A stretch of 64,000 bases of DNA from Amoeboaphelidium protococcarum X5. Lineage: Eukaryota; Fungi; Aphelidiomycota. Made by a program: the position numbers and the translations under genes. The notes beneath the pieces are model-generated. The model saw nothing but the letters and a program-made list of their open reading frames with translations. It was not told where the DNA came from and ran no database searches. Shown here in pieces: positions 24,325 through 41,329 of this stretch; the first letter of the stretch is position 1, and every line of letters begins with the position of its first letter. The DNA is taken from contig JALDTO010000213.1 of NCBI GenBank assembly GCA_023515725.1, positions 690,280-754,279 on the forward strand, in the 5' to 3' direction.

Positions 24325-26655
24325 TCAAAATCTTCTCTGCTTCTTGGATGCACTTGAAGACAGCGCCTTCTGAGGCAGTAATATTGACGCCTTCAAATTC
24401 TTGCGACTACCAACTTTCTAATCATGCATTTGTTATAATGACTTGCACCTAGACTATTTCTCCATCTCCTGAAAACTTTGGGCCACATGAAAATCTCTGT
24501 GCTCCTCCAACACCTTATCGTCAATCAACATCAATACATCACCGCATTCTTCACATTTATGCGTTGGAAATCTAACATCATTATCTACATCTTCTTCTTC
24601 TAAATCGGCACTATTAGTTTTGTAACGACTATCATGAAACTTTATATTAGGATTAGATTCACCTTCACGGTCATTCTCTTCCCACACCGCGATAACATCA
24701 TCACTGCCACCATTATTTAATGATCTGGAGCTCTCAGCTCCAAGTTTGATCAGATCAGCTTCATTATAGTCTGCATAATTGTCAGCTGTAAGATCAAACT
24801 CAAATTCATTGTCATCTCCATTCCCTTCTTCAGTACCATCATTGAAAGATACCGAAGAACCAATATTATCTTTCATTGCCACCATATTGACACCAGCAGC
24901 CGTTCCAGGTGTATTAAAAGTATCTTCACCTAAGCCAAAATCCTAATAGGCACCATCTGGCGTATCAGCATTCATGATAGGTGTCTACTATTACATGTAA
25001 GACGACTACCTATTCTACTCGAGTGGTGTGTTCAAAACTCCACCATACACATTAGGCTTTGCAGGTGTTTAATTCGGAGTTTTACCAAAGAATGAGTCTA
25101 TTCCAGTCTTGGGCATATGAGAGAAATTGATAGCTTTCAATCCAATCCATAGAAAACGAAACTTTTACGCTGATCCTTGGAATTCACTCACAAGAGCACT
25201 GGAGATCATTGGATACAATTTGCGTTCAATTTCCTTTGGATGAGGAGCAGTGAAGTGCTTATTATAGTCTCTACTGTTCACATTGAAAGTCTTTCTCTCA
25301 ACAGCCATATCCATATCACCACCAGCTTCGTCCAGATCATCCTCTTCATTATCATCCGCTTTCAAAGAGTCATTGGAGCCACCCGACTACTACTTCCATT
25401 GCTATATTGGATGATCAGAAAGGTCCTTCTCAGAGTACGAGACGGTGAGTGTGAAAGTCTTGGGCCATCTACAAGTCAGCTCATACTCATCCAGGCAACG
25501 GTACGTCAGTTCACCACACAGAACAACAAGCCACTGCTGCAAGTCCACAATAGTTGTATACGGACTGCGGGTGAGACTCTTGGCACTGAGAAAGGACTTA
25601 TTTCCCATTCGCGGATTAACTTCATCATTACATTGACCTTTCAGAACTCCAAGTAGGTATTCCAACTGCTTTTCTGGAATAGCTGCAGCGAGCATATTCC
25701 GAATCTCATCACTAGACTTTTCCTTCAACTAGCCAAGCGTTAGAATATCTCTCGTCTACAGAACATTTGCAACTTTACCACCCAAATTACGAACTTTTGA
25801 TATTCCAATATTACCCAAGAACGTGTCTAAATCTTCGAAATTAGCACCATCTATACCCGACAATGACGACTGAGGAGGGATAAATAAGCTGACACAATCT
25901 GGCTTATTCAGAGAAGAACACAGCTTACTCAATAACTTGTTCCCACTTACGCCAATACTGATAGTGTATTACAACTTGTCCCAGATCAACTGCTTTAACA
26001 ACGCAGCTCTTATAGCTTCAGACACATACTTTTGAAGATATTCAATATCGAATTATCGTAAACCACATTCATTAATTAACCGGATATTGTACCTATGGAT
26101 GAGTGATTATAAATGCTCATACATCATATCAGTGGTAATTTCATGATAACCACCATCATTCTCTCTTTCATCCTCAAGAGCAGTGATATCACTGAAGAGC
26201 GTAGAGTTTGAAGCATCAATGAAAACTTCGTCAATGGAAGCTTTTTCAACTTTATCAAATTCTGAATTGATCAACTACAAAATCTTCTTGCTCTCTCTTC
26301 TGTACTAATCAAGACTGACTTTATACTTGAAGGGATCCACCTGCTCAATAGTACTGCCCGCATCATTACCCACTGAGTACTAGTCACGATATCGATACAC
26401 AGACTCTCCCTTCTTGAACGTGGCCACATGGACAAGTTACAGGTCGGGACACTTCTCTTTGGCCTCCTGAATGCGCATATGCCGATTAATACCAAAATCT
26501 CTAGCCTTGTAATTCACAGCAATTAAGCCTTGCCATTATTAGACAGCCAGGGGTAAGTCTCTTGATATCCCAGTTCTAACATGCTCCACCTGTGCATAAA
26601 AGGCGTCCAGATCACAATGAATGACCACCCTAGGATCACTCGCTTAATTTGTCAT
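24325..26655 (-). CDS. RAD30: Y-family DNA polymerase eta, 776 aa
   Basis: VIHCDLDAFYAQVE, LAVQQWQGLIAVNY, EKASIDEVF, little-finger SKS/WPKT, PIP-like GIDSFF, UBZ CEEC...HRDFH. Confidence 0.95.
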
Positions 26656-27267
26656 TAAGAGAAGAGCTGATATAGTACAGTAGTAAATAAACCGATTAGT
26701 AAAGAGATAAGCTAGTATAACAAATTCCAACAATGTGTAATTAATGCCTGAGTGATAAAGGTAAGACATAGAAGGAGAGAATTATGGAACGCGCGTCATT
26801 TCAAAACTTTTGATGAGAGCGATCGCTCGTTTCGGAACTGATGATGAAACAGATGGAGATTTAGAGACACGAAGCTTAAGAAACAGGAGATTAAGTAAAA
26901 GAGAGATTAAGAGTAAGTGTGAAACAGAATCACAGTGTGTAGTCAATAATAGTGTATCATATAACAGTATATAGACAGAAAGTAGGTTGAAAACATTCAG
27001 GGTGAAGACCTCTAAGAAATTACGCGTGATTACTGCCACACATTGACATAACTTGACAGATACTTTTATTAAACAAAATTTCATAAACACTTTCAGCATT
27101 TGCTGTCATCAAACTTTTAGGTATAACGTAAGAGAGTGAAGTGTTCATGAGATAAAACAAGTATTTTTACACCTGTTTCAGCCATGTTCAATGAGAAGAG
27201 CGACTGCATGTTTGAAACGCGTGTCAACACAGTTATTGCTCAAGATATATCACTCCCTTTTAACTGA

Positions 27268-28944
27268 TCATTGAACTAACAAATTCTTCTTGATCACTAT
27301 ACGCTGTCTGTCAGTGATTTTCTTCGACTTGGAATTGTAGAAAATCTTCATTACAAGCTATTCAGCATCCTGCTTTGAGAATTGACCATAGATTTAATGG
27401 ACGCAATTCAATAGGTCCCATCTACCTTTTTAAATGAAATGAACAAACACATGCCATGCAGTGGATTTGCATTTGCTACAACATTGTGCCAACTATACGA
27501 CTGGATAGAACTTCAAATTATGATCCAAAGTGCATTTTTTATGCAAGGCCATGTTGTAGACTATAGATGCTGCGCGCTTCTTCTATCCCTGATGCAGCGC
27601 GTTCTGTAGCATTTCATAAATCATATTGTCCTTAGAGTCAAACTACTTGAAGAAGCCCAGAAACGCGACAGCCAAAGATATGCGAAATTCCTCCATATGC
27701 CCTGCTGAAGCATTTTCATCTCCATAATCCTCGTCATCATCCATACAATCCTCGTAATCTTCAACGTCTTCTTCATCTTCATCTCTCCCAAACTGCTCAT
27801 CAAGTAGGAAATGATTTACAGCTTCTCTCACGCTATCAAAACCTGCCAATTCAATTTCGCTAGCAATCTTTTGATCTAACAAGATTTAAGCCCGGCACCC
27901 CTCCTTCAGCTTCATTCCATTGTAGTTCCAAGCATCGGGGACATTCAAAGACCGTACTTTTTTCTCAATTAGAAAGAAGACATCATTCACAGCCTTGGTT
28001 CCGAATGAAAGCAATTCTTTAGTTTATCGATACATGACTGCCAAATCAGCCAACAATACTTCAGCCACTTCTTCATGATAGTTGCCGTCAGTAAGCAATT
28101 CACTGACACTTTCGGCAACTTCCTTCGAAAACTCCTCTTCAGTTTGATGACCAATGCGCCGCAATGCTCCACATTAACTACGCAAATCATTCCAATACTA
28201 CTACATGTCTTCAGGAGGATCATAATAATCTGGGGCTTCTCCATAGACAGCCAGGTAATTGTCTTTCCCTTTCTCGGAGATGGTAATATTGAACTCTTAC
28301 TCAAACATCTTGACAGCATCTACCAGATTGAGCGATTCAAAGTTATAGACACTCTTATCAACACTACCATCTTCATCAAAACCATCCGCGTTTTGATTAC
28401 GATATAATCTGTACAACTCTGCATAGAACAAATCAGGCAACTTGTCAAATAGATGGCCATGTTTTTAGAATGGGGCGCGATTGAATTCTTGACCATCTTG
28501 CCTGGACTTCAGGAAGGCAACTATAAACTAGACCAGAAGAGTGTTATTGCAGTCACATCCAGTCGGCTCAATAGAATCATGTCCGTCCTCAAGTGCCTGG
28601 TCAATACACGCGTTAAAAGCAGCAAACCAGGCCGGTCTATCCTTTTACGCAAATGAAATCTCACTGACAAAGTTCTACAACTCTGAGCGACTCATAACGG
28701 AAGGCATCATGAACCATGCATAGTCCTCCTCTGACTTTAGTCCCAAAAAATTGTGGTTCTAGATCTTATAAGCAGTCATTGCTGGACCATAGTAAGAATG
28801 ATAACAGTACTTGACAAACGCCCGGTGACTTTGAACGAATTCCTACATTCCATGACACGTCTTTGATAACTAGAACAGATCTTAAGGTCTCAGATAGCGT
28901 GCAATAGATTCCTCAGGTACAGTGAGTAAGAGATTAAGCAGCAT
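27268..28944 (-). CDS. Hypothetical protein with an N-terminal F-box-like motif, 558 aa
   Basis: TGA-free frame; N-terminus LLTVPEESIARYLRPQDLFQLSKTCHGMQEFV matches the F-box pattern. The rest is unrecognised. Confidence 0.7.
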
Positions 28945-29580
28945 ATTAATAGATTTTAAACAATTTATTAGATATGAGATTATAGAATCAGCAATAGAAC
29001 TTCATCAGGGAATAGAGAGTTGATCAATGTGATTGACATTTCATGAGACCGGAGCGAGTCTCGTTTCGCCGACAACCTTAACGGTTTCAAACCAAGACCG
29101 TTTCAGAAATCGTATAAAGTATTACAGTGCAAGCTCTCAATCATCTCAATGTATGTATATCCAGATCACTTCTGTCCCTTTCTATAGTGTTTAACCAATG
29201 CTTGTGCTGGTCAGATCATATCATTTTCACAAAGTCGCATATTAAGGTCACCTGGAATTAGATTATCTTATTGAATAACTCTGCAATTTAATGAATTAAA
29301 TTCTCCGGTTATTACCAGTAAGCCCCGCTGAAACATACGCGTATCTACTGGCATTTGGCCAGTTGGTCCAAACGGAGATACCATAATCATAATCAAATGA
29401 AACAATCTGCAGGCGAAACTGAAACAAAGCCGTTCTTGATCGTTTCTTCTTTCGTTCCTTTCACAAAACTTTTAAGCTTTCTCTGCTCGACGCCGCGGGT
29501 TCTTCTTCCCTTCAATTGTTTAGTTTGATTGCAATAAATCAGTAGTTATTAGAGCTAGTAAGCGAAGAAAATCAAATAAT

Positions 29581-32019
29581 ATGGATAATACGATAAAGTA
29601 GATGTAGCAGGTTGTTGATATGATTCAGGGCAAGCCGAACAATGCCAAGTTTTTCAACACTATTGTGAACAAGAGAGGTGAAATTTATGAGTTGAAGAAT
29701 GAACTGAATGGGGACACTAAGTACATACGTAAAGATGCGGTCAAGAAGGTTATTGCGAGCATGACCATTGGGAAAGATGTCAGTATGCTGTTTGCTGATG
29801 TGGTGAAGAATATGCAGACTGATGACCTGGAGTTAAAGAAGTTGGTCTACTTGTATCTGATCAATTATGCCAAGAGTTAGCCGGAGCTTGTCATCCTAGC
29901 AATCAATACTTTTGTCAAGGACTGCGATGATATTAATCCGCTGATCAGGGCTATGGCTATTCGTACCATGGGTTGTCTTAAGGTGCAGAAGATGTTGGAT
30001 TACATGTGTGAACCGTTGAAGAAGGCGTTGAAAGATGATCATCCTTATGTGCGTAAAACTGCTGCTCTCTGTGTGGTGAAGCTGTACGATTTATCTCCTT
30101 CTGTCGCTCAAGAGAATGGATTTATATAGATTTTACAGGATATGCTGGCTGATCAGAATCCTACTGTTATTGCTAATGCTGTAGCGGCTATCGTTGAGAT
30201 TCATCAGACATCATCTCAGAATGCTGATGGATCTAGACATGACGTCTTGTAGATCAATGCCTCCCTGCTGAATAAGCTACTTACCGCTCTGAATGAATGC
30301 ACAGAGTGGGGTCAGATTTATATCATGGAAGCTCTGTGTATGTATGTTCCGCAGTCTTCTCAGGAAGCAGAGCAGGTGGTGGAACGGGTTTTGCCTCGTC
30401 TGCAGCATGTAAATTCCTCAGTTGTACTCAATGCTGTCAAGTTGATGATTAATTATATGTAATTCATAAAGAAGGACGATGTTATAAGAAGTCTAACTAA
30501 GAAGCTGTCGCCTCCACTGGTAACGCTATTGAGTAACCCACCAGAGATTTAGTATGTCATTTTGAAGAACATTGACCTGATTGTTCAGCGCTATCCTGAA
30601 GTTTTGTCTGAGAACATTTCAGTCTTCTTCTGCAAATATAATGATACGCCGTATGTGAAATTGGAGAAGCTGAAGGTTATCATAAGGTTGGTTGGTCCAC
30701 ACAATGTAGATGCAGTGTTGGGAGAGCTGAAAGAGTATGCGAAAGAGGTGGATGTTGATTTTGTGCGTACCAGTATTCAGGCTATAGGTAGCTGTGCCAT
30801 TAAGATCGATACTGCGGCCGAGCGTTGTGTTAATGCTCTTGTGGATCTGATCAAGATTAAGGTTAACTATGTGGTGCAAGAGGCTGTCATTGTGATTAAG
30901 GATATATTCAGAAAGTATCCAAATAAGTTTGAGAATGTAATTCCTGTGCTATGCGAGAATTTGGAGAATCTTGATGAACCAGAGGCCAAGGCTAGTATGA
31001 TTTGGATCATTGGCGAGAATGCTGGTAAGATTTAGAATGCTCAGGAGTTGATTTAGTTCTTTTGTGAGTCGTGGAAGTTGGAGGTTCCCTTGGTGTAGAC
31101 CCAGCTACTTACCGCGACCGTGAAGTTGTTTTGTCATCGGCCTGCACAGGCTCAACAGTTGGTACAGTAACTGCTGCAAATGGCTACTACTTCCAGTGAT
31201 AGCGCGGATCTGCGTGACAAGGCTTACATTTACTGGCGTCTACTTGCAGCTGATCCAAGATTGTGTAAAGCGGTGGTTATGAGTGAGAAGCCCCCTATCG
31301 CATTTGAATCCACGTCGGTGCCACCGGCAATGTTGAATGATTTGCTAAAGTTACTAAGCACCGTTGCCTCTGTCTACCAAAAGCCGCCGCACACTTTCTT
31401 GAGCAAGTACAAGACGGAGACTTCTGTGATCTAAGCTGCTGATAAGGAGGAAGCTGACGAGGAGAAGGGTGAGGACATGGTGTAGACTGGAGTTGGTGAT
31501 TTGCTTGATTTAGATTTTGGTGCTCCGGCTCCGGCACCTGCCAGTAATAGTGGCAATAAGAGCGGTATCACTCAAGATTTATTTGGATCGATTCAGTAAT
31601 AGCAGCCGTCCTCTCCGTACAGCTAATCTTCATTTCCAACTATGGTATCGCCAACGGCGTCCCAGAATTCCAGTCAGCCTGCTGTCAAACCTAGTGGTAA
31701 TGAGTTATTGGATCTTTTGGGAGATTTGAATATGGGCTCGGGTATGTAAAAGCAATACTAGCCATAGCAGCAGTAGTAGCAGTATTAGTAGCAACCCCAG
31801 AATAACTACTCTTAATTTGCAGACCAGTTTTCAAGTTTGAATGTCCAATCTCAGCTGTAGTGGGGACAACAGTAGCCGTAGAAGTAGCAGCAGTCATCTT
31901 TACAGTTGTCGCCTACCAAATCACCGGTGAAGACGAATACCAACAGTAATAATAATAGCAACAACAGTGGAAATGGTTAGTTTGATTTCAGTTCTCAATC
32001 GTAAAACTGGATGAACTGA
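29581..32019 (+). CDS. AP-1/AP-2 beta-adaptin, 812 aa, without a C-terminal appendage domain
   Basis: [59 protein letters not shown]; clathrin-box-like LLDLD and LLDLL in a Q-rich tail. Confidence 0.95.
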
Positions 32020-32538
32020 ACGGCTATCGATTGATTAGATATTTGAGTGGTTAACTGCGTGGACTGAAATGAACTTCTTTGTAATCTGAATAGTTTTTCT
32101 ATCGAGTACGTGGCTTTTTATCTCTTTGATCCAATACTGTTTTGTCGTGACATTAGCGAATATTGTCAGCTGACGTTTACTTAAGCGCGTCTTTTCCCTT
32201 TTTTGATCGGTAATGACTGATGTCTGCCGATGAAAACTCTTGTAAAGAAGTACGCGTCGATCTCTCCTTCTTTCTTTCCAGTGTCCCTTCATGATAGCAG
32301 TGTGTCGGCACTGAAAACTTGAAGACTTGACGTTGTTCCATCACATTCGTTTCAGTCAGCCCGATCTCTCTCTCTTTCTCGCAGTGCTTTCCGTTTTGAG
32401 TCGTTCATTAATCGTGCGCTCTCAACATCGTTTCGTTTCTCTCTCTCTCTCTTTCTCTTTCTGTCCTTGTTATTACCCACCCGTCTTTAGAGAGTCGATT
32501 ATAATAAAGTACATCTACTGTAAATACTTGTTAACAAC

Positions 32539-35114
<2,576 letters not shown>

Positions 35115-35268
35115 TCTGGCACTCGATTTGTATATAATTGGCTGATGGATCTTACTGATTGCAAGTATATGTGTGTATGTGCGCCAGTTGCTACAGAGAG
35201 TGCGAAACATTGAGATTATGCGATGATTAGTGATAAAAATTGGAATTATTTTCAGCTACGTCCTTTGT

Positions 35269-38208
35269 TCATGATTTCGCTTCTTTATCATCATCATGAT
35301 CTTTAGTAGATGGAGTTTAAACTTCACCAGAAATAAGATCTTCATCAATAACATCCAGGTCATTGTCATCTTCAATAGGAAACATTGCAGTCAAAGCTGG
35401 GACATGACGCGCCAATTTATGGACTTGTCCAAACGGGACAACCATCAGATCAAACGCATTACCAACAGGTATTGAATCGCCAGAAATCTCGTTATCAACA
35501 GCGACATCTGGGCTGATTCCAGGAGAAAATTTTGGATACCGCTAACTATAATGCGTCAACAAGAGTTCACTGGCCTTCATCTATTAAGCCATTTATAAAG
35601 CTTCACCCCGAGTAGAATGCTTCCTAAATTCAGCCTCCCTCTGCATATCATCTTCAAAAGTGCATTCATGAATAAGGATCTTATGCCGCTTTTCTTGAGA
35701 CTTGGAAGTGCTTTAATCAGAGCATGCATTACCAACTGGACCTTATTGTTCAGCAACACCATCATTATACGCAGCTACAGATTAAGAGTAAACTTCAGAT
35801 GATGAAGGGGCAAAAGACCTTTCAACCAAATGAGAGCATGGACGGCTATCACCAGAGTACACAATACTAACCAATTTCTTCTACTCAGCGGTAGTAACAG
35901 AGTCATCATCAGCATCAATTAAAGTATTAGTGTCCACACAGATACCATACGCCTCGGGACAATGATCAGCGATACTTGCCCTGATGGCGGTAATGTCAAA
36001 ATTTTTATATAAAGACATCAAGTTGGGATCCGATGTTGCATCGCGATCTTCTAAGAGCGTCTATGCATCGATAAATTTGATGTAATCGTCCATTACCAGC
36101 GATTGATCAGCCTTGCTGTACAGTTTAAGGAATTAAAATAACATTGATGGACCGACTATATGCAGAGGATTGTGCACTCGCTACTCTTTAGATTTAATCA
36201 ATGATCGCAATGCATTGTATTCTTATAAGAGACGAATGATTCCCATCTAGTGGTCAGCATGCATATGACTGATGAACAGCAATCTCAGCTTTCTAGTTAG
36301 AAAATCAGCAAGACTATCTGCACCCATCAAGCGCAACAGTTAGCCATAAGTACCCTCTCCGCAATCCAACATCATCGCTTCATCATCACCTGTGAACACC
36401 ACTATTCCGCTGACATTCCTATACTTTGATGGAAGCATAGAGCCCGTTCCAGTAAATGCAACACACTTCTTCAACTACATGCTCTATTATAGCTATTGCT
36501 TTTACTGCTGCTGCTGCAGTTATTGCAATGTCACATCAGAGTCTGTGTTGCATTGAGAGACTAAAGCAGACAATTCGCTTCGCCGATCGAAATAGGACTA
36601 AACTTTATGTTCAGTTGGCATTAACTTCATGTAGCTGATGCTCTCAGACTTATCAACAATAGAGCGGTAGCTTTCTGGATTATCATAAGTGGAGGAACCG
36701 CTTACATCTACTTTGAGCAATGGCAATCCCAGATGTTCATTGTCACCAAGCTATAAACTACTCGAATTTTAATCAGAATCTCCATTTTGAATAGGATAAA
36801 TACTAGAGTCTAAACGGTTCAGCTTCATAAGTTGGAGCTGCGATGACTGGAACGCGTTATATTAGGGACCATACGACTTGCCAACGTAAATATGCTAGAC
36901 ACGATCATTAAAAACGTCCTTAATGAACTATTTGTATGACGGATCATTGGCGATTCGTAAATCTTCACCATCTAACATACTCTCACCACCAAGGATGTGA
37001 AATACGCTTTATACAGTGAAAGATCCGTCATGATTGTTGACTTTTTCCACAAAAAGCTTCTGCTATTATAGGAGAGATGGCAGATAGTGGGTGGACGGGA
37101 TATCAATCACCATAAACGCAGCAGCGGGTGCTTATGGTTCTAGCACCTAATCTTTAGTCACAACACGTCCACAATTCAAGGTCACCTGGCCATCAGTTAA
37201 AAGCTACCGTATTTGAGGACCGGAGACACCTAACTATTTGGCAACATCCGCTTTAAACTTTGGCTATTTCGCAGGCATCTAAATTAAAAGTATTGACGAC
37301 TCTGATCTGGGTGGAACTACAGAGCTCTAATCCGAATCTGCAGATAATCTCCTGATTCTATTCACAGGTGATTATGACCGACGTCGCTTCTATCTACTGC
37401 TGTTGGTACTTCCATCAGAATCTGAATCTGAAGTCTGATCGCTATCTGAACTATTACTTTGGCTCTTACTTTTAGGAGTTTTAAACATTGTAGCCAACAT
37501 CTTGCGGTCTCGTTTAAGATCAATTTTATATGCGGCGCTATCATACATTAGTTAACTCTCATGATCTGCACTATCATACTATGACGACCACAGAGCGATT
37601 CTATGAACAGTGATATTCCCATCAGACCAAGTATCACTACTGCTACTGCTACCAGAAGCGTCTACACCACATATCATCCGATCGCGACCATATTCAAATG
37701 TCTAAAGCGGATAATCTGATCGCAATAAGAAGGAGCGCATAGATGTGAGAGCCTTAGTGACTAAAGATGGAGCTACAATAGTATGACGCATCTTTTACAG
37801 TTCCATCAGATTTCTAGCAAATTTCGCCTGGCCAGTCATAGCACTCTAATCTCTCGTCTCATTTAGTGCTTTAGTATACTAATCTCCATAAGTCAAAATC
37901 ATTCCAGGCATACCGCCAAATGTTTATGACCAATTCACACGCGTCAATATAGTGGCTCTGTACTTTTGAGTCGATAACTTGATTTTATACTGGGTAAGTA
38001 GACGTTGCAGTCCCTCCGGAGCGTTGATAACGTATCTCGCCTATTATGTGTGTATCAGAAGCGAGGGATGCATCTCTGGTCCAACGCTAATTGTCTAATT
38101 TCCATTACTCAATCCGGTCTTGGCCTTGATCGCGGATGGTGTAGATACAAGCTATACATAGGAATTCATTGTTCTCTTGATAGATTTCCTCAACAATTAT
38201 ATAGCCAT
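35269..38208 (-). CDS. TRZ1: Long-form RNase Z (tRNA 3' endonuclease), 979 aa
   Basis: PEGLQR, GGMPGMILT, GTGSMLPSKYRNVS, LDCGEGT, SHMHADH, YSGDSRP, IHECTF, HST, THYSQRYPK. Confidence 0.95.
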
Positions 38209-38308
38209 TCACTATACGAATTTTCTTCTGATCGTTGAAAAAGTAAATTCGTAATCTTTTCTCTTTCCCTTTTCAGTGTTCGTAGTGTAAAGTCAATTTA
38301 AAGTAAAA

Positions 38309-39106
38309 ATGATTGGAACGCGAAGATTATTGTAGGCAACTGCGTAGACTTTATCCACCACGTAGGTACATAATAAATTGAATGCTCCTAGAATAAAGGC
38401 TGGCGTGATATTGAAGAGACCGCCACTGATCTTACGCGAGCCAAGTGAATTTGAGCGTATCTTTGCCGCCCAATATCGCCTCCCTTAATAGCATCAATAG
38501 GCGTTCAAGTATGACACGACATTCTTTGAGGGAGAAGATGGAGCAGCCAAGATTAAGAATGCACAGTAGTAAGCTTTATAGTCTAAGGATGGTGTGATTG
38601 CGGATGAAGAGCTAAGGGAGACAGTTGAACGCGAATTGTCCAAAATGGATGTTAAGAGCAATCCGCGTCGTAATGATTAGGTGGATCTGGACGTACATCG
38701 ACTGGATAGGAAACTAGATAGATCTCTGTATCTCATAGTTAAAGTGAAGAATCAGAATAAATAGGAGGATATCTGGTAGTTTCCGGAGTGTGGCGATGAG
38801 ATACAGGGAGCCACATCTACTGCGGTTCGAGATTCGTCAAATGACCTTCTTCATTACTGCAAGGACAGCCTCTCAAAGTTGTGCGGAGATGATATGGCTG
38901 TGTGGTTCATTGGTCGAGCTCCTGTGGCTCATCGCTCTTAGGCACTAGATAGAACGTTCTATATGAAGGCTCAGATATTTGCTGGTTAGGTGAAAGTGTA
39001 AAAAGACGCGTCAATATAAGATTTCGCTTGGCTCACAAAGGAGGAGCTCTCACAATATCTCCCATAACTGTATTTCTCTGATCTTAAAGATACTTTGTCT
39101 AACTGA
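38309..39106 (+). CDS. MRPL46: Mitochondrial ribosomal protein mL46, 265 aa
   Basis: IKAGVILKRPPLI...EFE, LDRKLDRSLYLIVK, WQFP, VWFIGRAP, TFYMKAQIFAGQ, DFAWLTKEEL. Confidence 0.9.
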
Positions 39107-39269
39107 TAGATATAAAGATTGGAATCCAAGTAGCCAATGGAAAGAATTATAATATTGATATTAGATTCATTTAAAACGTATTAGCTTCACTCAAACATGA
39201 TTAATATTTTGAATAACCTTCTCCTTATGTAAACTATAGACGGGTAATCACGGTCGTTCATACACCAAT

Positions 39270-40697
39270 TCATTCAGTCTTAATTGCACCATCAGACACG
39301 TCACCATTAACTACCTGGCTATAGCTCTTGTTGCTCTTCGTAGCCGGAGATACGCGTCTGTGAAGAACATCACTAGCGCGACTGGTGGCATAGCTATAGT
39401 ATCCATCAACAACCTACTTGGCCTACTTCAACATTTCCAATCCCTCATTGGAGAGAGTATTTAGGTCAACAGCACGGCTAGTAGTCTATCTTAGCATATC
39501 CATTAAGGATTCATACTCTGCCTCATCATCTTCAGCTGAAGACTCTTGTTCACCATCCTGGCTGGTCTTCTTCTTTGCCTATCTGCTAGGGGAAAGTGGA
39601 TGAGCAATAGTCTTACTAAACTGATCCCACTTTGTTCTGAATCCCGAAACCAGATACTCAACTTTACTCTTTATGCCGAATGGGAGATTACTGTCCACCT
39701 TGTTGAACATGGCCATCATGAGGGAGGTGATTACAGTCTTGACCTCAGTCACGGCCTCGACCAGCTTATTCTGCACAGCATAAATCTTCTGCAAGGTTGG
39801 CTTGGTTTGAGCATTGATATAATTTTTGGTATTATTCAACATCTGGCTTCTCTCTTCAGGCGTACCGACACGCTTCTCAATGCTCTCTGCAAGAAAGTGC
39901 TATGCCTGCTGCATGGCCTCTTGCAATTTCTGGGTAGATTCCTACAACTGGACTTGATAGTGATGTAGAAGCTGGCGGGTAGACTTGAGGACAGCCATAT
40001 TGTCTTTACTTGGAGCATGACTGGCGACAATAGACAGGAGACGCTGTGCAGTCTTGAGACTCAGATGGTATGCATGCAAAAATGGAGCAGGATTCTCGGA
40101 GCGATTTCTCTTCAACTAAGCAATCATCTCTGCGTTTTCATCGACATCACCATCAGCTTCCTCATTAGCGACAGAATTCTCAAACTCTTCGCCAACACCA
40201 TTAACTGAAGAAGGAGAGCCGGAGCGAGCTTACGACTGAGTAGGCGACGGGAGAGCCCAGTCAACGACATTCTCCACTACATCAACCACAGAGTCCATGC
40301 CGCCCAGAATTCTCTTCTCAGTGCTCATCACAGCAGAACCAACCAGCTCAGCACCATCAATAACTCTATTGGCAGTGCCATCAATCAAACCATGGAAAGG
40401 CTCAACCACACGGCCAGCCACTGGAAGAACATTCTCCTGGCCATAGTTGATCACTGAACGACCGGCACTAAGAACGAAGGTGCCCACCCCGAAAGGAACC
40501 TTTTGGATCATTGGCTCAATATTCTCATCATAGACCTGGACAGACTTTTACACCAGTAGAGTCTTCTTGATGCGCTACACAGAAGTGTATGATTTCTGAG
40601 GGGAGGAAGTTGCAGACACAACAGCTTCAGTGTGGACGTGAACGGTACCATTACCGTTTTCGACTTTGGACTTTTTCTAATCAACCAGTAATGCCAT
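39270..40697 (-). CDS. Perilipin-like lipid droplet protein, 475 aa
   Basis: TGA-free frame of amphipathic helices. GMDSVVDVVENVVDWALP resembles the perilipin G.D....E..VD..LP motif. Confidence 0.65.
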
Positions 40698-41329
40698 AAT
40701 TATATTATCTGAATTTTGAGAAAAGATTGTAATAATAATAATTACGAATTAATAATTTTAATAAGAAAAAGAAGAAGAGATTAATAATAGTAATGGATGA
40801 CTACAATCCGTGTGTGAATGATGTGAAAATTCAATTCAGGAGGAACAGAAAATTCATGCGCGCGTCTCGATGGAATCATTTGACGTTCGTTTCACTCTCA
40901 CTCGCTCTTACACATCACTCGCCTTTACTGAGGCCTTATGAAACTGCTGCGGACCTGTCCGACCTGTGATCATAATTGCCAAGCAATAAGTGCTGACCCC
41001 TTATTATGACTAATTTCACACGAATGATGCATCGATGAATGTTGATACAATAACTTCTAGATGTTGAAGACATTACTGTACTGATCTGTGATATTCACGT
41101 TTAATGTTCCAATTTTACGCTTAGGCTCTTTAGTATATCAGAAGAAATTTGTTATAACGAATTCACCCTTAAATTTAAATAAAGCCAACAGAAACGCTAT
41201 ACGCTTGTCTGCGTAAGATGTGCCATTTCATCTTCAAAAGTGATTAATATAGTTTACAACAACTTACTCAGGTTGGAAATGTACTACGTCTTGACCACAT
41301 TTACAGTGATGATGCATCAGAGATATACT

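Noticed and set aside
2230-26655. Functional cluster of PCNA and Pol eta
   Set aside because: They are more than 21 kb apart with unrelated genes between them. Co-occurrence is expected in a dense genome.
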